Shown here: positions 1-13,400 of the stretch, piece after piece | Numbering within the stretch: position 1 is the stretch's first letter | Layout of the letters: each line of letters starts with the position of its first letter | NCBI GenBank assembly: GCA_036172245.1 | Contig: JAYWIR010000068.1 | Span: forward strand, 310,001-374,000 | Length of the DNA stretch: 64,000 bases | From: Raillietiella orientalis | Taxonomy: Eukaryota | Direction: 5' to 3' | Made by a program: the position numbers and the translations under genes | Notes under the pieces: generated by a model | What the model saw: the letters and a program-made list of their open reading frames with translations, nothing else | The model's database searches: none | What the model was told of the DNA's origin: nothing

Positions 1-458
1 CTCGCTGGAGCTCTTCCCGAAGGGCATTTTCGGCGCACAGATGCTGGTCAGCGGGGTCGAGTGGTGGTAATGGTGGTGCGTGCCCTTGGCCTGTTTGGCG
101 CAGTTCGGAGCGAGCTTACTCGATCGGGGGTGGGCCGAGGCCTTCGTGGGCAGCGCTTGGGGCGTCTGAGGAGAGTCCTGCCGCCTCTGCTGCTGCTGCT
201 GCTGCTGCTGCGGCTGCTGGCCGTCCGGATGCTGGGAGACGCACTTCTTCCGCTTGCTCCCGGCGGCAGTCAGTTCATCGCGGTCCCTGCCGGGGTCGGA
301 CTGTTCGCAGAGGGAGGTCGGGTCGCCGCCGGCCGCCGCCGCCGCCGCTGCTGTTGGCGCTAAGGGAGTCCTCGGATCTTGCACGGGGGGCCGCGAGTCG
401 TCGTCGGCATCCACGGAGTCTTCCAGCAGGCGAAACCCCAGGCCCGTCACCGATCCTC
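1..458 (-). CDS. Internal coding exon of an unidentified low-complexity (polyQ/polyA/His) protein, running off the left edge
   Basis: Minus-strand acceptor ttgttgcag at 459-467, then 152 stop-free codons to position 1: GSVTGLGFRLLEDSVDADDD...KRKKCVSQHPDGQQPQQQQQQQQRRQ...HHHYHH...KMPFGKSSSE. The (CTG)8 at 187-210 encodes the polyQ. No recognisable domain. Confidence 0.5.
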
Positions 459-3400
459 CTGCAACAACGAGAGGGGGATGCGGTGAGGAGGCCGCGAGAG
501 CGCGTGCGCGCGCCCACCGCGCGGAAAGGTGCGCTGAGAGAGGGATTTCTGTTTTTTGTTTTGTTTTCTTCTTCCTCCCTTCCCTCCCGCTCCGATGGGC
601 GCGGGAATCTGCGGATGCATCGGCTGGCCGTCGCCCCTCATGGACTCCCCTCCGGGGGCGCGCTCGCGGCGACGGTCCCTGCACCGAAAAGGGACCTCGT
701 TCCTAGCAGACTTCCGCTTTCCCAGTTCCTTCCCGAAACGCGTCCGCCTTCCCTTCCTGGGAGGTGGGGGGGGGGGGAAGAGGAACTGGGGCGACGGCAT
801 CCCCGCTCCCGCCCTTCCCCTTCCCGAAGCAGCGAGGAAGGCGTCGCCCAGGCAGCAGCCCCGGAAGGAAGGCTCGCGCGCCGCCGCTGCCGTCCCTGAC
901 CTCGCGCCGCGAGGGGGCACGCGCAGCTCGGCCGGCCGGCCGTGGCTCGATCTCCCGCCCTGGACATCGATCCTCGCGCTTGGCGTCGAAGGGGAGGCCG
1001 TGATTGGTCGGCCACGAGCTCGGACCCGCGCCAACTGAGCCGCGGCACAGACCACAGGCCGGCCATCGTCCAGTAGCGGGTTCGAAACCCCGCTGCGGAA
1101 GCGAGCGGCCGTCGGAACGCGAGGAGGATTCCCGCCCGAGGAACTGACACCCGGGGTAGCGGTGGGACGGGATGGGGGAGGAACCTCTTCCTCCTCCCAT
1201 CCTTTCCGTTTCCTGCCCCCTTCCTCCTCTTCCTGATGCGCGGAGCATTCCGCGGAAAGCCTCCCGCCCGCCGCTCACCGGAAACGCCCGCTGCAGACGC
1301 TGCCATCTCGCGGGGCACCCCCGCTCGCGGCGAAGCACCCCGAAGGGACGCGGAGAAGAGGAAACGGCCGGCAGCGTCTCACCCTAGCGCAGCGCCCGAA
1401 GAGTGATGTGTAATGCGTATGATCGTGGCGTTGATGTGGACGATGACGGCGTGAAAGTGGATGACGATGACGTGGATGATGATGGTGATGTGATGAGGAG
1501 GAGGAAGAGGGGAGGGGGAACATGAAAGGAGGGAACTTCCCGGCTTTCGAGCCTCGAAAGATGCAGCAGGGAGGGAGGGGCGACGGCGCTCACACGAGGA
1601 CCCCCTCTGGAGCCACCAGGAGGGAGCAGGGAAACGCGCATCCTCCCTCGAGGGCCCCCTCGAGGAGCGTCGGGCTCGGGAATCGCGCCTGCCGCCTTCC
1701 CTTGACCTCCCTGGTCGTGCTCCGGGAGAGACGCCGAGGTCAGCTCTTTGCCCGGAGGTGCTGAAAGTGTTGAACCGTCCGCCTCCGCTCGCCGGCGTCC
1801 CTCCTTCTTTCTCTTGCAGGCCCCGGCCCGGAAAGCGCGCGCGCGCCCTAAACGCGGGGGATGTCGCCGCCGGTGCTTCCCTTGCGGTTCCGTTTCCGGC
1901 GGAACCGAAGGGCGGCGGGGAGTTCTCCCGGGCGAGGTGGACTTTCTGTAGTGCCGGGCCCGCTTGGAGCGCCCCTTCGCGGGAGCCACGAAGGGGGATG
2001 CGAAGAAGGGTGGGGCCTGCAGCCAGGGCTCGAGCACGGGACGGAGCAGCTGGAGGAGGCGGGGCGGCTGCGGGTGCTCCTGGGCCGCGAACCGTGCTTT
2101 TGACGCAGAGACTGGAGGGGGAGGGGGGTGGCGGGGAAAAAAAAGGGAAGCCCGGGGTCGGCGAGAGCTCTCGAACTGGGCGGGCGCCTCCCGTCCGCTG
2201 ACGTCACCCGGACGTCTCGCTCCCGCACTTTCCCATGTGCTTTCAGCCAAGGCCCCCGCGACGAGGGACTTGGCACATCCCGTTCCAGATGCCTTCCTGT
2301 CGCGCACGCGGGAGAGATGGAAAACAGGTCGGTCGTCGGACGGGGAATCGCATGGCTTCAGGGAGGATCGCGAGCTGCTCGGCCGCAAGTGCGGGCCTGC
2401 AGGCGCGCAGGGCGCGGCAAACGCCTCCGCGGTGGATGCACGGGAAAAATCTTCCCGCGCTGCGCTCGTCCGGGGTTTCCGATTCCCCCCGCTCATGAAT
2501 CACCGTCGTCCTCGGGTCCTTGGTGGCCGCGCTCGGATAACCGCCGTCGTCAAGGAGTCCGAAGAATGCAGAGCGACCCAGATTCCTTGGCTCTTTCCGA
2601 CGTAGGACGCGTAACGCCCAATCAGCGCCGATCGCTACTCTCGAGAGGAGCAGTCCGCTGATCTCCCGGCGGACTGGCTGTAATGATCATCCCGCGAGGA
2701 CCAGGGAGGGAAGATTCGACGCCAGGAGCGCTTTCCTCGAGATGCTCACGGGAAAGCGAGATCCAGTCTCAAGGAAGGCACGCATTTCGAGGAGGATCAA
2801 AGCTCGAATCTATAAATAGCAGCGCACGGCTAAAACAAACATGCAGTCAGCTGTAACAATGCTGAGGGCAAGGCTTGCGATTGGCTCGCGGAAACCCCTG
2901 GAGACCATGGAAACCGCCCGCTTTCCCCGTTCTCCCCCCCCCCCCTTTTTTTCCTCTTTTTTTTTTTTTTTTTGAAAGCTGCGTCTCGGTGATTCACCGT
3001 CACAAAAGCGGTGATCTCCCTGCTCCGTCCCGAGCTGCTCGGGAACCTCCTCTTTCTGCGAGGATCCGCATCCACGCTGCTGCTGCTGCTGCTGCTGCAG
3101 CAGCACGCAGATCTTGCCGAGGAGGAGAAACGGGAAAGAGTCAGCAGGGGTGGACGGACGCAGACTGAGGGCAGCTCTCTCAGGAGCTGCTCTTCCGCCC
3201 TTCCGTGCCGTTGAACTTTCACCGCTTTGCTGCTGCAGAGGAGCTGCCGCGGACCGCTGCCCTCCCCGGCAAGCTCGCTGACTCCGAGGGGCCAGCCGTG
3301 GAGTTCCCTCCGCTGCCGTTGGGAGGTCCATCCGAGACTCCGCGAGAGACGCTCCGGCGATCCCCGGAGAAAGTCGCGCGCATCCATCTGCGGGGCGGGA

Positions 3401-6400
3401 GAGGCCAGCCTCAGCCCAGCAGGAGCAGTTCGTCCGGAAGAGCGAGCGAGAGCCGGCCTAGGGGACGAGAGGGGCGGCGGGACGCGCTCGGGAGCTTCCG
3501 GCGGGATCCCGAACCGGAAGCAGGGAAGCCGTGGAGGCGGGTGGAGCGGATGGGGGAGGGGGAGAGGGTAGCGACCAGACAGGGCTCCTTCCCCCCTCCC
3601 CACCACCGAAACCCCTACGTCACTGTCTGCGCGCGAGTGAGACGCGAATCGGCGCAGCGCTCTATTTTTAGAGCAGCCGACGCCTACCCTACGATTTTCC
3701 CCTTCGGAGTCGAGAGATTTCGCGCCTCCCTTCCTCGGAAGCGTTTCCTGGTTTTGCCGAAAGCAAAACAAATAAAAAAAAAAAAAAAAAAGAGGAAGAA
3801 AAACAGGAAAAAAGGGAGGGGGGAAGGAGGGAGAAGCGACGATACCATCTGCTGGCTGAGGGATTTCTCAAGGACGGAGGACAGTGACCTGCTGCGGGGG
3901 TCGCTTGGCAAATTCACGGAGCAGGTGGCGGTGGGTGCGCTCTGCCTACTTCCCCCTGGCGTCCGGTGGTTCCTCCGTCTTCACGGCTGATCTCTCTTCG
4001 TTGACAGGCAGCCGACACTTCAGCACTGGCGAGTACGTCATTACTTGAACGGATTACCATGCTTACGCATTCGCATCCTTTAGGACGCAGACGATCGGCG
4101 ACGATCAGATGGAAATGGTCCATCTGATCCGGTAGCAGACTGGGGAGCCGAGCGTTTGCTTTCTTTGTCCCCTCCCCCCCCACCCCACCCCCTTTTAAGC
4201 GGATGGGGATTGAACTGTGCGGCGGTTGCGGAGCGCGGAGCCAAATGCTGCTTCTCCCACTGTGCCCGCGAGCGCAGTACACAGACACGTCCACTAGGGG
4301 CGCTCAGGCTCTCGCAACCCGTTGCCACGGACGCACGATTGCCCCCCCCCCCCCTTCCTTCCCGTCCGCGTCGTTTTTGTTGGCACGCGAGGAGGCAGGT
4401 AAGCCAAATGCTTTCGATTCCCCCCCCTCCCCCTCCCCCCTCGCGTCCGGTCTGGAAATCAATATTCAACAAGCTGATGTTATGATTTGTCGGCCTAAAT
4501 GCAGAGTAAACGTCCCGCGCCAGGAGCGGGAAGACTCGGGGCGAAACGGCCACGTGACGCGAGAAAGCGAAATTGCCCGACCGGAGGAGCACGGCTGTTG
4601 CGTCGTCAGGGAGGGAGGGAGGGAGGGAGGAGGAGGGGGGAGGGGAAGAAGAAGACACCGTTGGCAGGGCGCTTGCTGTCGCGCCGGGTCCCCGCCCGTC
4701 CGGGGGAGAGCAGTTTCGGAGGGGAGGCAGGAAGGGCATTCCGCCGATTGAAACTTGGTGCCCGCGCAACCTCGACGGCCCCACGAAAACACCGCCGCCT
4801 CTCTCGTGCCCTACGCGTGCGCGGCCCAGCCTCGCAAGGAAGGAGGGGAACGCGGATCGAGCCGAGTGCCTCCGCACGCGCCTATCGCGTTGCGTGGCAA
4901 AGAGGCACGCCATCGCGATAGGAACCGTGTGACGGGGGTGGGTGGGTGGGTGGGCTGGGGTTGGGGGGAGGGGAGGAGAATTCGTAGGTCCACCGGCTCT
5001 CGCGTGCAGGTGACGGGTTGGGGCGGGGCGTTTTTCCTTCCCTCGCTTCCCGAGCAGCACGGCCGGGAGGAGTCGTGCGGCGGGTGCCTCCCTCGCCGTG
5101 AGGGATGGCGCACGCGAGCGCCCGAGGGTTTCCTACCTTGTTGGGGCGCGGTGGCCTTTCCGATCCCGCTCTCGTTCCCGTCTTCGGGAGGGAGTCCGCT
5201 TCGGCAGGGAACCGGCTGACCGTCCGGTGAGAAGGGAGGGACGGGCGCGTGCGAACCACCGAGGGCAGGCGGAGAGGAGGGGCGGGAGGCAGGGAAGAGG
5301 GAGTTTTTCGACGCGGCTGCACCGAGTCGAGGAAGGAACGCACGCTTCTCCGCGAGCCGCGAGCACTGGCTGGGATCCGACGTACTGCGGGAGCCACATG
5401 ACGGCGCAAGTACCGCCGCGGCGTCCTTCCCTCCTCCTCCCTCGCCCTTCTCTCCCCTCCGCAGCCGCCGCCTCTCTCGCTTCACGCGCGCGCTCCGGGA
5501 CCAGGTGGGAAGGCGGCCTGCCTCCGCGGCCATCAGGAGCGACCTCCCCCGGGAGCCCTCGCCCGCAAGGCGAGCGCGGGCGGCGCGGAGCCGAGACGTT
5601 GGGAAGCGTGGAGCAGGGCGGGGCGGGGGCGGCTCCGCCGGGGTGGCCGCCGCGACGGCTCAGGAAACAGGGACGCTCGAAGGGACAGCCGAGTAAGAGG
5701 AAGCCCCCCGCCCGGGGGGGGGGGGGCTGATAGAACGCGCTCCCCCACGCTGGAGAGGGTGCTATAAATAGCGGGTCGCTCGCTGATCGCACGATCAATG
5801 CGCGGTTTTTCGCTCCGACGCGCGAAGCGGCGAAAAGCTGACCGTGCGCGCGCTGCTGGCGCAAGGACGGGCTCTCCTGCGCAGCGTCCTTCCCCCCTGA
5901 CTTTTGCCGCTGCCGCCAAAGCCTCTGGAGATCGGGTATTTGGCGGTGTTTCCGCCCTTTCCCCTACCCTTCCTTCCGCGAGATGAGCTGGCGAGATGCC
6001 GCGTCCGAGGAGGGAATGTACCCGGAAAAAGTTGGGCAGCGGCGGCAACGGGATGAGTTGGCCGCGCTTCACGGCTTCCGTTTGTGCAGGGCTGAGGACC
6101 GCCTAAGGAAGCGAAGGGAGGAGGGAGGAGTACTGACGCCCTTTTCCCTTCCGCCACATCCAGTCCTCCTGCTGCATGTCGCGCTGCGCGTTTGCTCCCC
6201 CTCCCCCCCCCTCCATTCTTACGAGCCTCGAGGGGCTGCTTCACTTCGCTCGAGGGACTCTCCCCCTTCCCCCTTTTTCTTTTTTCCGAGGGAGAGAAGG
6301 AGGCGATGAGGGCGGAGCGGCAGGGAGGCGAAGGAGCAAGAGGCGGCGTTTCGAATCGGAGGCGGCGGTCTGTAGGGAGGAACACCAAGGAGTGGGGACG

Positions 6401-8714
6401 GTGGCAGCCTTCCCCCAACTAGGCGAAGACGCTTTTCTGCTCAGCCCAAAGCGAAAACGCGATTTTCCTCCCCACCCCCACCCCCTTCCTCGCTGATCCT
6501 TTCGTCATCCGGAAAGCTTTGCACGCGAGCACCGTTCCTGCGGGACTCCAAGGTCCTGAACTACCGATCGCACCTTCCGCCCGCGTCTTCCTCTCCTTCC
6601 GTTAGGCATCTCTTCCAAGCTTGCGCGCTGTAAAAAAGCAAAACAAAACAAAGGAAGGTTATCGAGGAGTTCCAGGAGCCGCTTCCTGAACCGTTGCTCT
6701 CTCTCTCTCTCTCTTCTTTCCCTTTTTTTTTCGTGTCGCCCTGACGTGGAGGAGACCACGTGTGTCAGCGTGCTGCTCTCCCTCTCTCCCGTGCATCCCC
6801 GCCGGAGAGAAAACGCGGCAGGCATTAACCCGTCTCTGCGTGCGCTTTGCAGGAGGCATACGTGTGGACCCATACGCCTTCCGTATCGATCGCACACTGA
6901 GCCGCTGCTTCGTTCGCAGCCATGGAGATAGGCCTGCCGGGCGCCATTGTTGCGCGACACGGAGGAGACGTTCACTTGATGTAGGGGCACGGCCGTGACG
7001 TGCGGTTCATCTGCAAGGCTGCTGCAGCAGGGGGCCGTTGAACGTTTTCGCGCTTGCACGACGGAGCAGGGCTCCCCTCCCCCCTTCCTTTCCCCCCCTC
7101 TCGAGTTGCGGGCAAGCTCACACGCGAGGCGCTCCTCCTCCTCCTCTTGTTTTCTTTCAGTTCGCTCCGAGAACGGTTTCCCCGGACAGGACGCGTTTGG
7201 AATGCAGGAAGGTCAGCCAGACGCGGAAGTGAGGGGGACGAAGCCCCCGGGCCACTCCCTCCCCGCATGTGGGGACAGCCTCCTGCAAAAAAAGGGCTCG
7301 GGGCGGGTGCGCGCTCCCGCCTGCCAACAATGCCCCGGCTGGAGTGGAAGTGACGCAACAGAGCGCGCGCGAAAGGCTCCGCCGCCTCCCTGCGAATCGA
7401 TTCCGCCATCTTCGCCGCGCGCTCGTCGTCGGAAGCGTCGAGGGAGCACATCGGCGAGCGGCAGCCACGCGCACCATCCGCCCGGAAACGCCCACCCACC
7501 TGCCCGGCGCGGACCGCCCGCGTGCCATCGGCAGCGCGAGCATCGCAAGGTGGCAGGAGGGCCGTCGTTTCCCACCTTTCCCCTCCTGAGAGACTCGGAG
7601 CCGCGGAGCATCGTCCCCGCCCGGGACGCTCCCTCGCGCGCGCTCTCCCGCTTGCACCGATTCTTCTCTCCCCCTTCCTTTTCTCTTCCTGCCTCCAGCT
7701 GCTGCTGACGGCCGTGCGACGAAGATGCTCGAAGTTCATCCGACGCGGGATGACGCGCCTCCAGCCCGCACGTCTGCCCTCCCCCCCCTCCTCCTCCTCC
7801 TTCCCCCATCTGCTGCCCCGCGAACGGGCGCGACAGACTGCTCCTCCGGTCGCTCCCCACGTGACGGCCTCGCACCTACTTTTCGCGGCCCACGCGTCTC
7901 CATCGGCCTTGCACTGCGCGCTCCCGCACCGCGCCACCACGCGCCTCGTTTCCGCCACGCGCGCGACGGGATCGCGTGCCGGGGCGGCGGCGGGAGAGAG
8001 GAGGAGGAAGCGGAAAGAGACGGCGGCGCAAGGAGGGAGGGAAGGGTCCACACCTGAAAGGTGGGGGAATGCTGGAGAAGAGCGACGGGCGCGGCTGGAG
8101 GACCCGGGCGGCGGAGGAGAGAGTGAAGGCGAAGGGCGCGGAGGTTGTCGGTGCACCGCCCACGCCCTCCTCACGCGCGGGGTGGGGCGCGCCGGGCGGA
8201 CGGGACGGAAGGAGAGTCGAGGCGGCGGCGCGCGCCCCTCCTACGGGGAACGGCAGCGCCCGCAGCAGCGTCGGGGAGGTGCAGAGGGTAAAAAGCTGGG
8301 GCTCGGAACGCGCGCGGATAGGAAGCCTCCCTCCTGGAAGGGAGCGGAGGAGTAGGGAGAGGAGACGCCCTCGAGCTCTCCTGTCCCCCTTCCGCCTCCC
8401 CGGGCGGTGGCCATCCGTGGGAGCTGCGGTCCGCACGTGCGCGCTCCCCCACAAATCTAGCGGTTGCCGGGAAGTGGGGGAGGGAAGGAGGAACGGATGA
8501 CGATGACGGTGACGCGGGAGGGGGCAGCGGGGCCCTCTGTGAGGACACGACGCTTTCATCTCGGGGCTGTCGCGCCGCCGGCGTTGTACCACAAAAGCTC
8601 TCAACGCAGGAACGAGGAGGATCGGACGGGTTTCTCGGGAATGGTAGAGGCGCGGCTCCCCCGCCTTCCTCCCTTTGCCCTCCTTCGGTTCCTGCTGGAG
8701 CCGGGAGCGCGCCC

Positions 8715-9150
8715 CCCCGTCATCGTCATTACGATCGGCATCGTGAACGCGATCGTCGCAGTCATCGTACTCGTCATCGACAAAAGCAGCAACATCCGTC
8801 ATCGTCATCAACACTGTGGTCGTGATCGCCGCCATCATCATGACCGCCATCGCGATCACCTTTATCACATCGCCGTCATCGTCATCATCGTGGTGACCGT
8901 CACCTCAACGACGGTAGCCGTCACCACTCCCACTGTCATCATTGTCATAGTCGCCCTCCTCGTCGGCAGCGTCATCATAGGCACCGTTGTGCGCACTCAA
9001 CATCATTTTCATGACTGTCATCGTCGTCGTCGTCGTCATGATTTTCAAAGCCATCACAGTCATTGTCGTCTCCGCCACCACCATCGTCACCACTTGCGTC
9101 TCCACAACGACCGTCGACGTCGCCACGGTGCGAATCGCCACCCCCACCCC
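8715..9150. repeat. Degenerate (ATC/GTC)n trinucleotide-type low-complexity repeat
   Basis: Runs of gtcatc/atcgtc/catcat; 8998-9140 aligns by eye with 10350-10478. Confidence 0.8.
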
Positions 9151-10344
9151 GCCTGCGTCGGCGACATCCTTCTTTCTTCCTCTTTTTTTGCAGTGGCGCC
9201 TCCGAGCGCGCGCTCGGAGAACCCTCCGCGCGCGGAAGAAAGTGGGAAGAGCAGCGTGCGCTGCCGAAGATCTCCGCGAAGCGAGGAAGTTGGGGGGGGG
9301 GAAGAAGGTGCGGGATCAGCGAGCAGGACGACGAGAATGATGAGAAAAAAGTGGTGTGAAGGGAGGGACGGGCGAGGGAACCCGCGAGGCTCCGCCACCG
9401 CCCTGTGCCTCCTCCTCCGGCCGCACCATCGGCGGAGAGGAACGTCTTACCGACGGCCTTGGACCCTTCGGACGCAGGGAAAGAGGGATAAGCAGCAGAG
9501 GCTGCTCCCGGATCGAGGTTGAAGGAGGAGGGGCGATGGCGTGCCAGCAGCGTCCAGGGAAGAACAGCAGCGGCAACAACAAGCGTCCCCCCTCCTCCTC
9601 CCTCAGGAAAAAAAAAAAAAAGGAAAAGGAAAAGAAAGGACGAGTTTGCGGCTTGGGGCGGACCGGTAGCGGCAACACCAGCGACTTCCCCCGCACTTGG
9701 TACCCTGGCGAAGACGGGAGGCTCTCGAGGGAGCACCCCGTAACCCTTCCTCCTGGCGTCCACCACCCTCGAGAGGAAATTTCCAACGCGCCAGGAGCCA
9801 CAAGCTGGGGGAAGGCGGGGGGGGGGGAGGGAGAGTGAAAGGGAAAGCGGATCAGCCGGGGAGACGGCGTACCTCCCGCAGAGGGTGCTGAGCGCCCCTC
9901 CCGAAAGGGGAAGCAGGAAAAAAAAAAAAGGGACCGGCGGCGGGCGTAGGCAAAACCAGGTGATGAGGGCGGGCAGGCGCTCCACTGGGGTGGGTCGCTC
10001 TCCCACGAGGTGATGGGTTCCACACGCTGGCAGGCAAGGGCGTTGTTTTCTCTGTGACCGTTTTCTCGTGACGTCAGGGGCAGCCGAGGCGCCGCGTCGG
10101 AACCGGAGAGGGCGAGAGGGTTCTGAATAAAGGAAGGGGGACGGGGGGGGGGGGCGTTTCTGCAGAGGGACCGCCTCGGGAGGATGCCAAGGGAGAGGAA
10201 GGGAGGGGTTGGAACCTCGAGATCCCTCTCGCTTCTCAGGAAGAGAAAAACGAATTCCGACAAAAAGGCCAAGAAATGCGAGGCTCCCTCCAGCTGGGAG
10301 GAAGTGCATCCTCTGCGAGCCCCTTGCCGAGCGCGGCCCGTTCG

Positions 10345-10480
10345 CTATCATCATCATTTTCATAACTGTCATCGTCGTCACGATTTTCATCGCCGTCACC
10401 GTCATTGTCGTCTCCGCCACCACCGTCGTCACAACGATCGTCGTCGTCGTCAAGGTGCGAATAGTCATCACCGCCACCGG
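10345..10480. repeat. Second, diverged copy of the (ATC/GTC)n repeat segment
   Basis: Shares catcattttcat(g/a)actgtcatcgtcgtc, gtcattgtcgtctccgccaccacc and ggtgcgaat with 9001-9135. Confidence 0.75.
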
Positions 10481-13400
10481 AATCACCCTGCCACTATCTT
10501 CCCCGTCGGCTGCCGCCGCCCCCGCCACCAGGGAAGGTGCGTTCCCCTCATCAGAAGACGCGCGCGCTTCCCGCCCTCACAGTCCCTGACCCTTTAGCGC
10601 GCGCTCAGGCGACTCCAGAAAGGATGTTCTCTCGCAGGGACTGGGGCATGGGTGGCGAGCGAGTGGTGGCGCAGCCTGAGCGATGCCAGGAAGCAGGTTC
10701 GATGATGGATGGAACCTGCTTCCTGCCGGGTCGGGAGGTGCTCGACGGGAGGAGGAGGAGGAGGAAGGAAACTCTGGGCGCGCGTCGCCGTCACCGCCTG
10801 CAGCTTTGCCTGTCCGACGCCAGATGGCAGAGTCCTGCCAGTGGCGCGGGCCACCCGTCCGGACGGGCTTCCAGGTCCTCCGGAAGGGCGTGCGACGTCC
10901 TCCCGCTGCCCTCGAGAGCCGGCGCGCCGCTGCTGCTGCTGCTGCCAACGGTTGGTCGGCCGACTGCCGCATCCGCCTGCGCCCCGGGCACGACTCTGAC
11001 CGGTCGAAGCGAAGTTCGTCCGAACTGCGGCAACGTGCGTTTCCGCCGGCCTGGGCCCGCCTCCCAGCCGCCCCACTCGCCAAGTGTGACCCGGGCAGTG
11101 GATCCCGACGAAGCTCCGCCACCTTCCGGCCCCAAGCCAAGCCCTGGCAGCTGGAGGCGCTTCTCTGCTTCCCTGCTCTCTCTTTGCTGTTCCGGGCGGG
11201 TCTCGCCGCCTTCCCGCAGAGTGCTCTCGCGAGCTCGGCCAGGGAGGGGCAGCGACCCGCGCCCAGATGGCATCTCGCTCACTTGCCGGGACGCGGCCGC
11301 CGATGAATCCCCACCCACTGGAGCGGCTTCGCTTCCGACTCGGCCTCCCAGCAGCCTCCTCCTCTCCCGATCGAGAGGGTGTGCAGGACGATGATTTCCG
11401 GCACTCCCCAAGCAGCCCCGCGCCGCGCACAGATGCGTTTTTCTGGGGCCCGGAGAAACGCTGAAAGGAAGCGGGCGAGGGGGGCCGTGGCTCCCCCACG
11501 GACGCACCCCTCGGCCTCGCATCGGAACGCAAGGTCGCACACGAAGCTGGAGCACGTCGGCGGCCTTCGGCGTTTATTGCCTTTGAAGGTCATCGCAGGC
11601 AAGCAAAGCGAGGGAGGACTCACCGCCAGGTATTGCGATCGCGACGTTTGCGCTGCGAGCGGAGGAAGTCCGCAAGAGCCTGTAATTCCTGGGGGATAAG
11701 AAAGTGGATCACCAGGGATCAAGTCGGCGTCCCGCGACTTTCCCTTTTTGCCGCACCCCTTAGCGTTCAAACCCTCCCTTTCGCTCCGAATGAGGCTTCG
11801 CCACATTTCTGGCGAGGAACGCCAGCACGCCGGGCAGACCCATCTCGCGGCACTGTCTGCAACGACAGCGCGAGATGCTTTATGCACGAACGGCCGCCAG
11901 GAGGGAGCGCCGGCAGGCTCCGAGAGTCTGGGGGCAGAGCTTGTCTCGATTTCCGGCTTTGCCTCTCTCCTCCCGTTTACTATGACCACAGCCACCGCTC
12001 TGGATGATGGTACTGGTGATAGCAGGGATGACGGGAATAATAATGGCAATGTTGCTGTTGTTGGTGGTGGTAACAGTCGCAGTCACGATGATGACGATGG
12101 ATGGTGGTGGAAATGATGCGAAGGGATCTCCCGCGAAGAATTCGGTGGCGGCCGACGCCGAGCCTGCAGAACGCACAGTTTTTCGAAAAGGATGTGCATG
12201 CCATCCCTCCTCCTCCACGAGCCAACTGTTCCGCGGCGCCAGCCCTGACTGCATTCTCCTTCCCCTGAGGGCTATTTGTGATCTCCCTGGACGTCGTCTT
12301 TTCCCCTCCTGTTCCTCGCCGATACGCTGTTGCTTTTCCGTCCTCCCTTTCTTCCCTTTTGCCTGTCGCCATGCGACCGCAAGGAGGCTGCTGGCCTTTC
12401 CTTTCTTGGAAAAAAAGCTATTCAAATCGAGCAGGAGAACTTCTTGTCGAAAGAATGGTCTTCGTGCCTGCGAAGGCCACTTTTCTTCCCGAGAACGACC
12501 GCACGGGATTGCAGCTTCTTGACGATTCATGAACACTCCTCTCTCGAGCAGTTCTTTTTGCTTTGCTTCGCTTGGGAGCGGAGGAGGGGGTGGGGGAAGG
12601 GGGGAATTCTTCGTGCTCCCCAGTTCTTCTCTTCCCCGTCTCCGCAGCACCGGTGTTTTCGCCAGTCCCCTCTACGCCTTTTCGTAGGCCATGCAGCGTG
12701 TGTTCACGGGACGCCCACAGTTCGCAGTGAGAGGGTGCGGCATGGCACGCGCTGGACCGGTTGGGTACGCTTCTCCCGCTCCTCGATCCCTCCGCGCTGG
12801 ATATCATTCAGCACGAGGAGCGATTGCATCCGCTTTATCGTGCACGGAAATCTTCGGGAATTCGTGAGATCCGCGCTGGTCCCATCGAGATCGCAGCCAG
12901 CCAGCGCCCAAGTGGCGACGTGTCGAGCTTCTATCTCGACGCGGCCGAACTGCCGAAGTGCGCGAACATCAGGTGCTTCCCATGACTTCGCAGTTCCCCC
13001 CGAGGCCGTCAGCCATCGTTGCTTTCATTCAGAGAATGGCGAGCGGGTTCACGGGATAAGAAATCCAGAAAAACGAAAAAAAAAAAAAAAAAAAAAACAC
13101 TCAAACGCACGCATCTCTGAATGCACTAGGAATTTTTCGACAAATCGCTTATCTTTTGTCCTTTAAAAATTTATCTCTGCCGCACCAGACTTTTCTCCGG
13201 GTCTCCGAAACAGAATTAAAAAATTTTTTCTTTATCGTGTGTTTACTTGAAAGGTAGCAAGAGCATCACGGCGCCTTCTGTCATGGAAGGAGAGGATTTT
13301 TTCTCTCTCCCTTTCGGGAAATCAATTCCAGAACCGGGATCGATGCAATGCGGCGGCACGATGCTTCTCTTTTTCCCGTCCCAGAATGAACTGCGGCTGC

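Noticed and set aside
1073..1096. tRNA or B-box-like gggttcgaaacc hairpin
   Set aside because: No D arm, anticodon arm or acceptor stem.
8464..9522. His-rich / hydrophobic 352-aa ORF
   Set aside because: Explained by the (ATC/GTC)n repeat.
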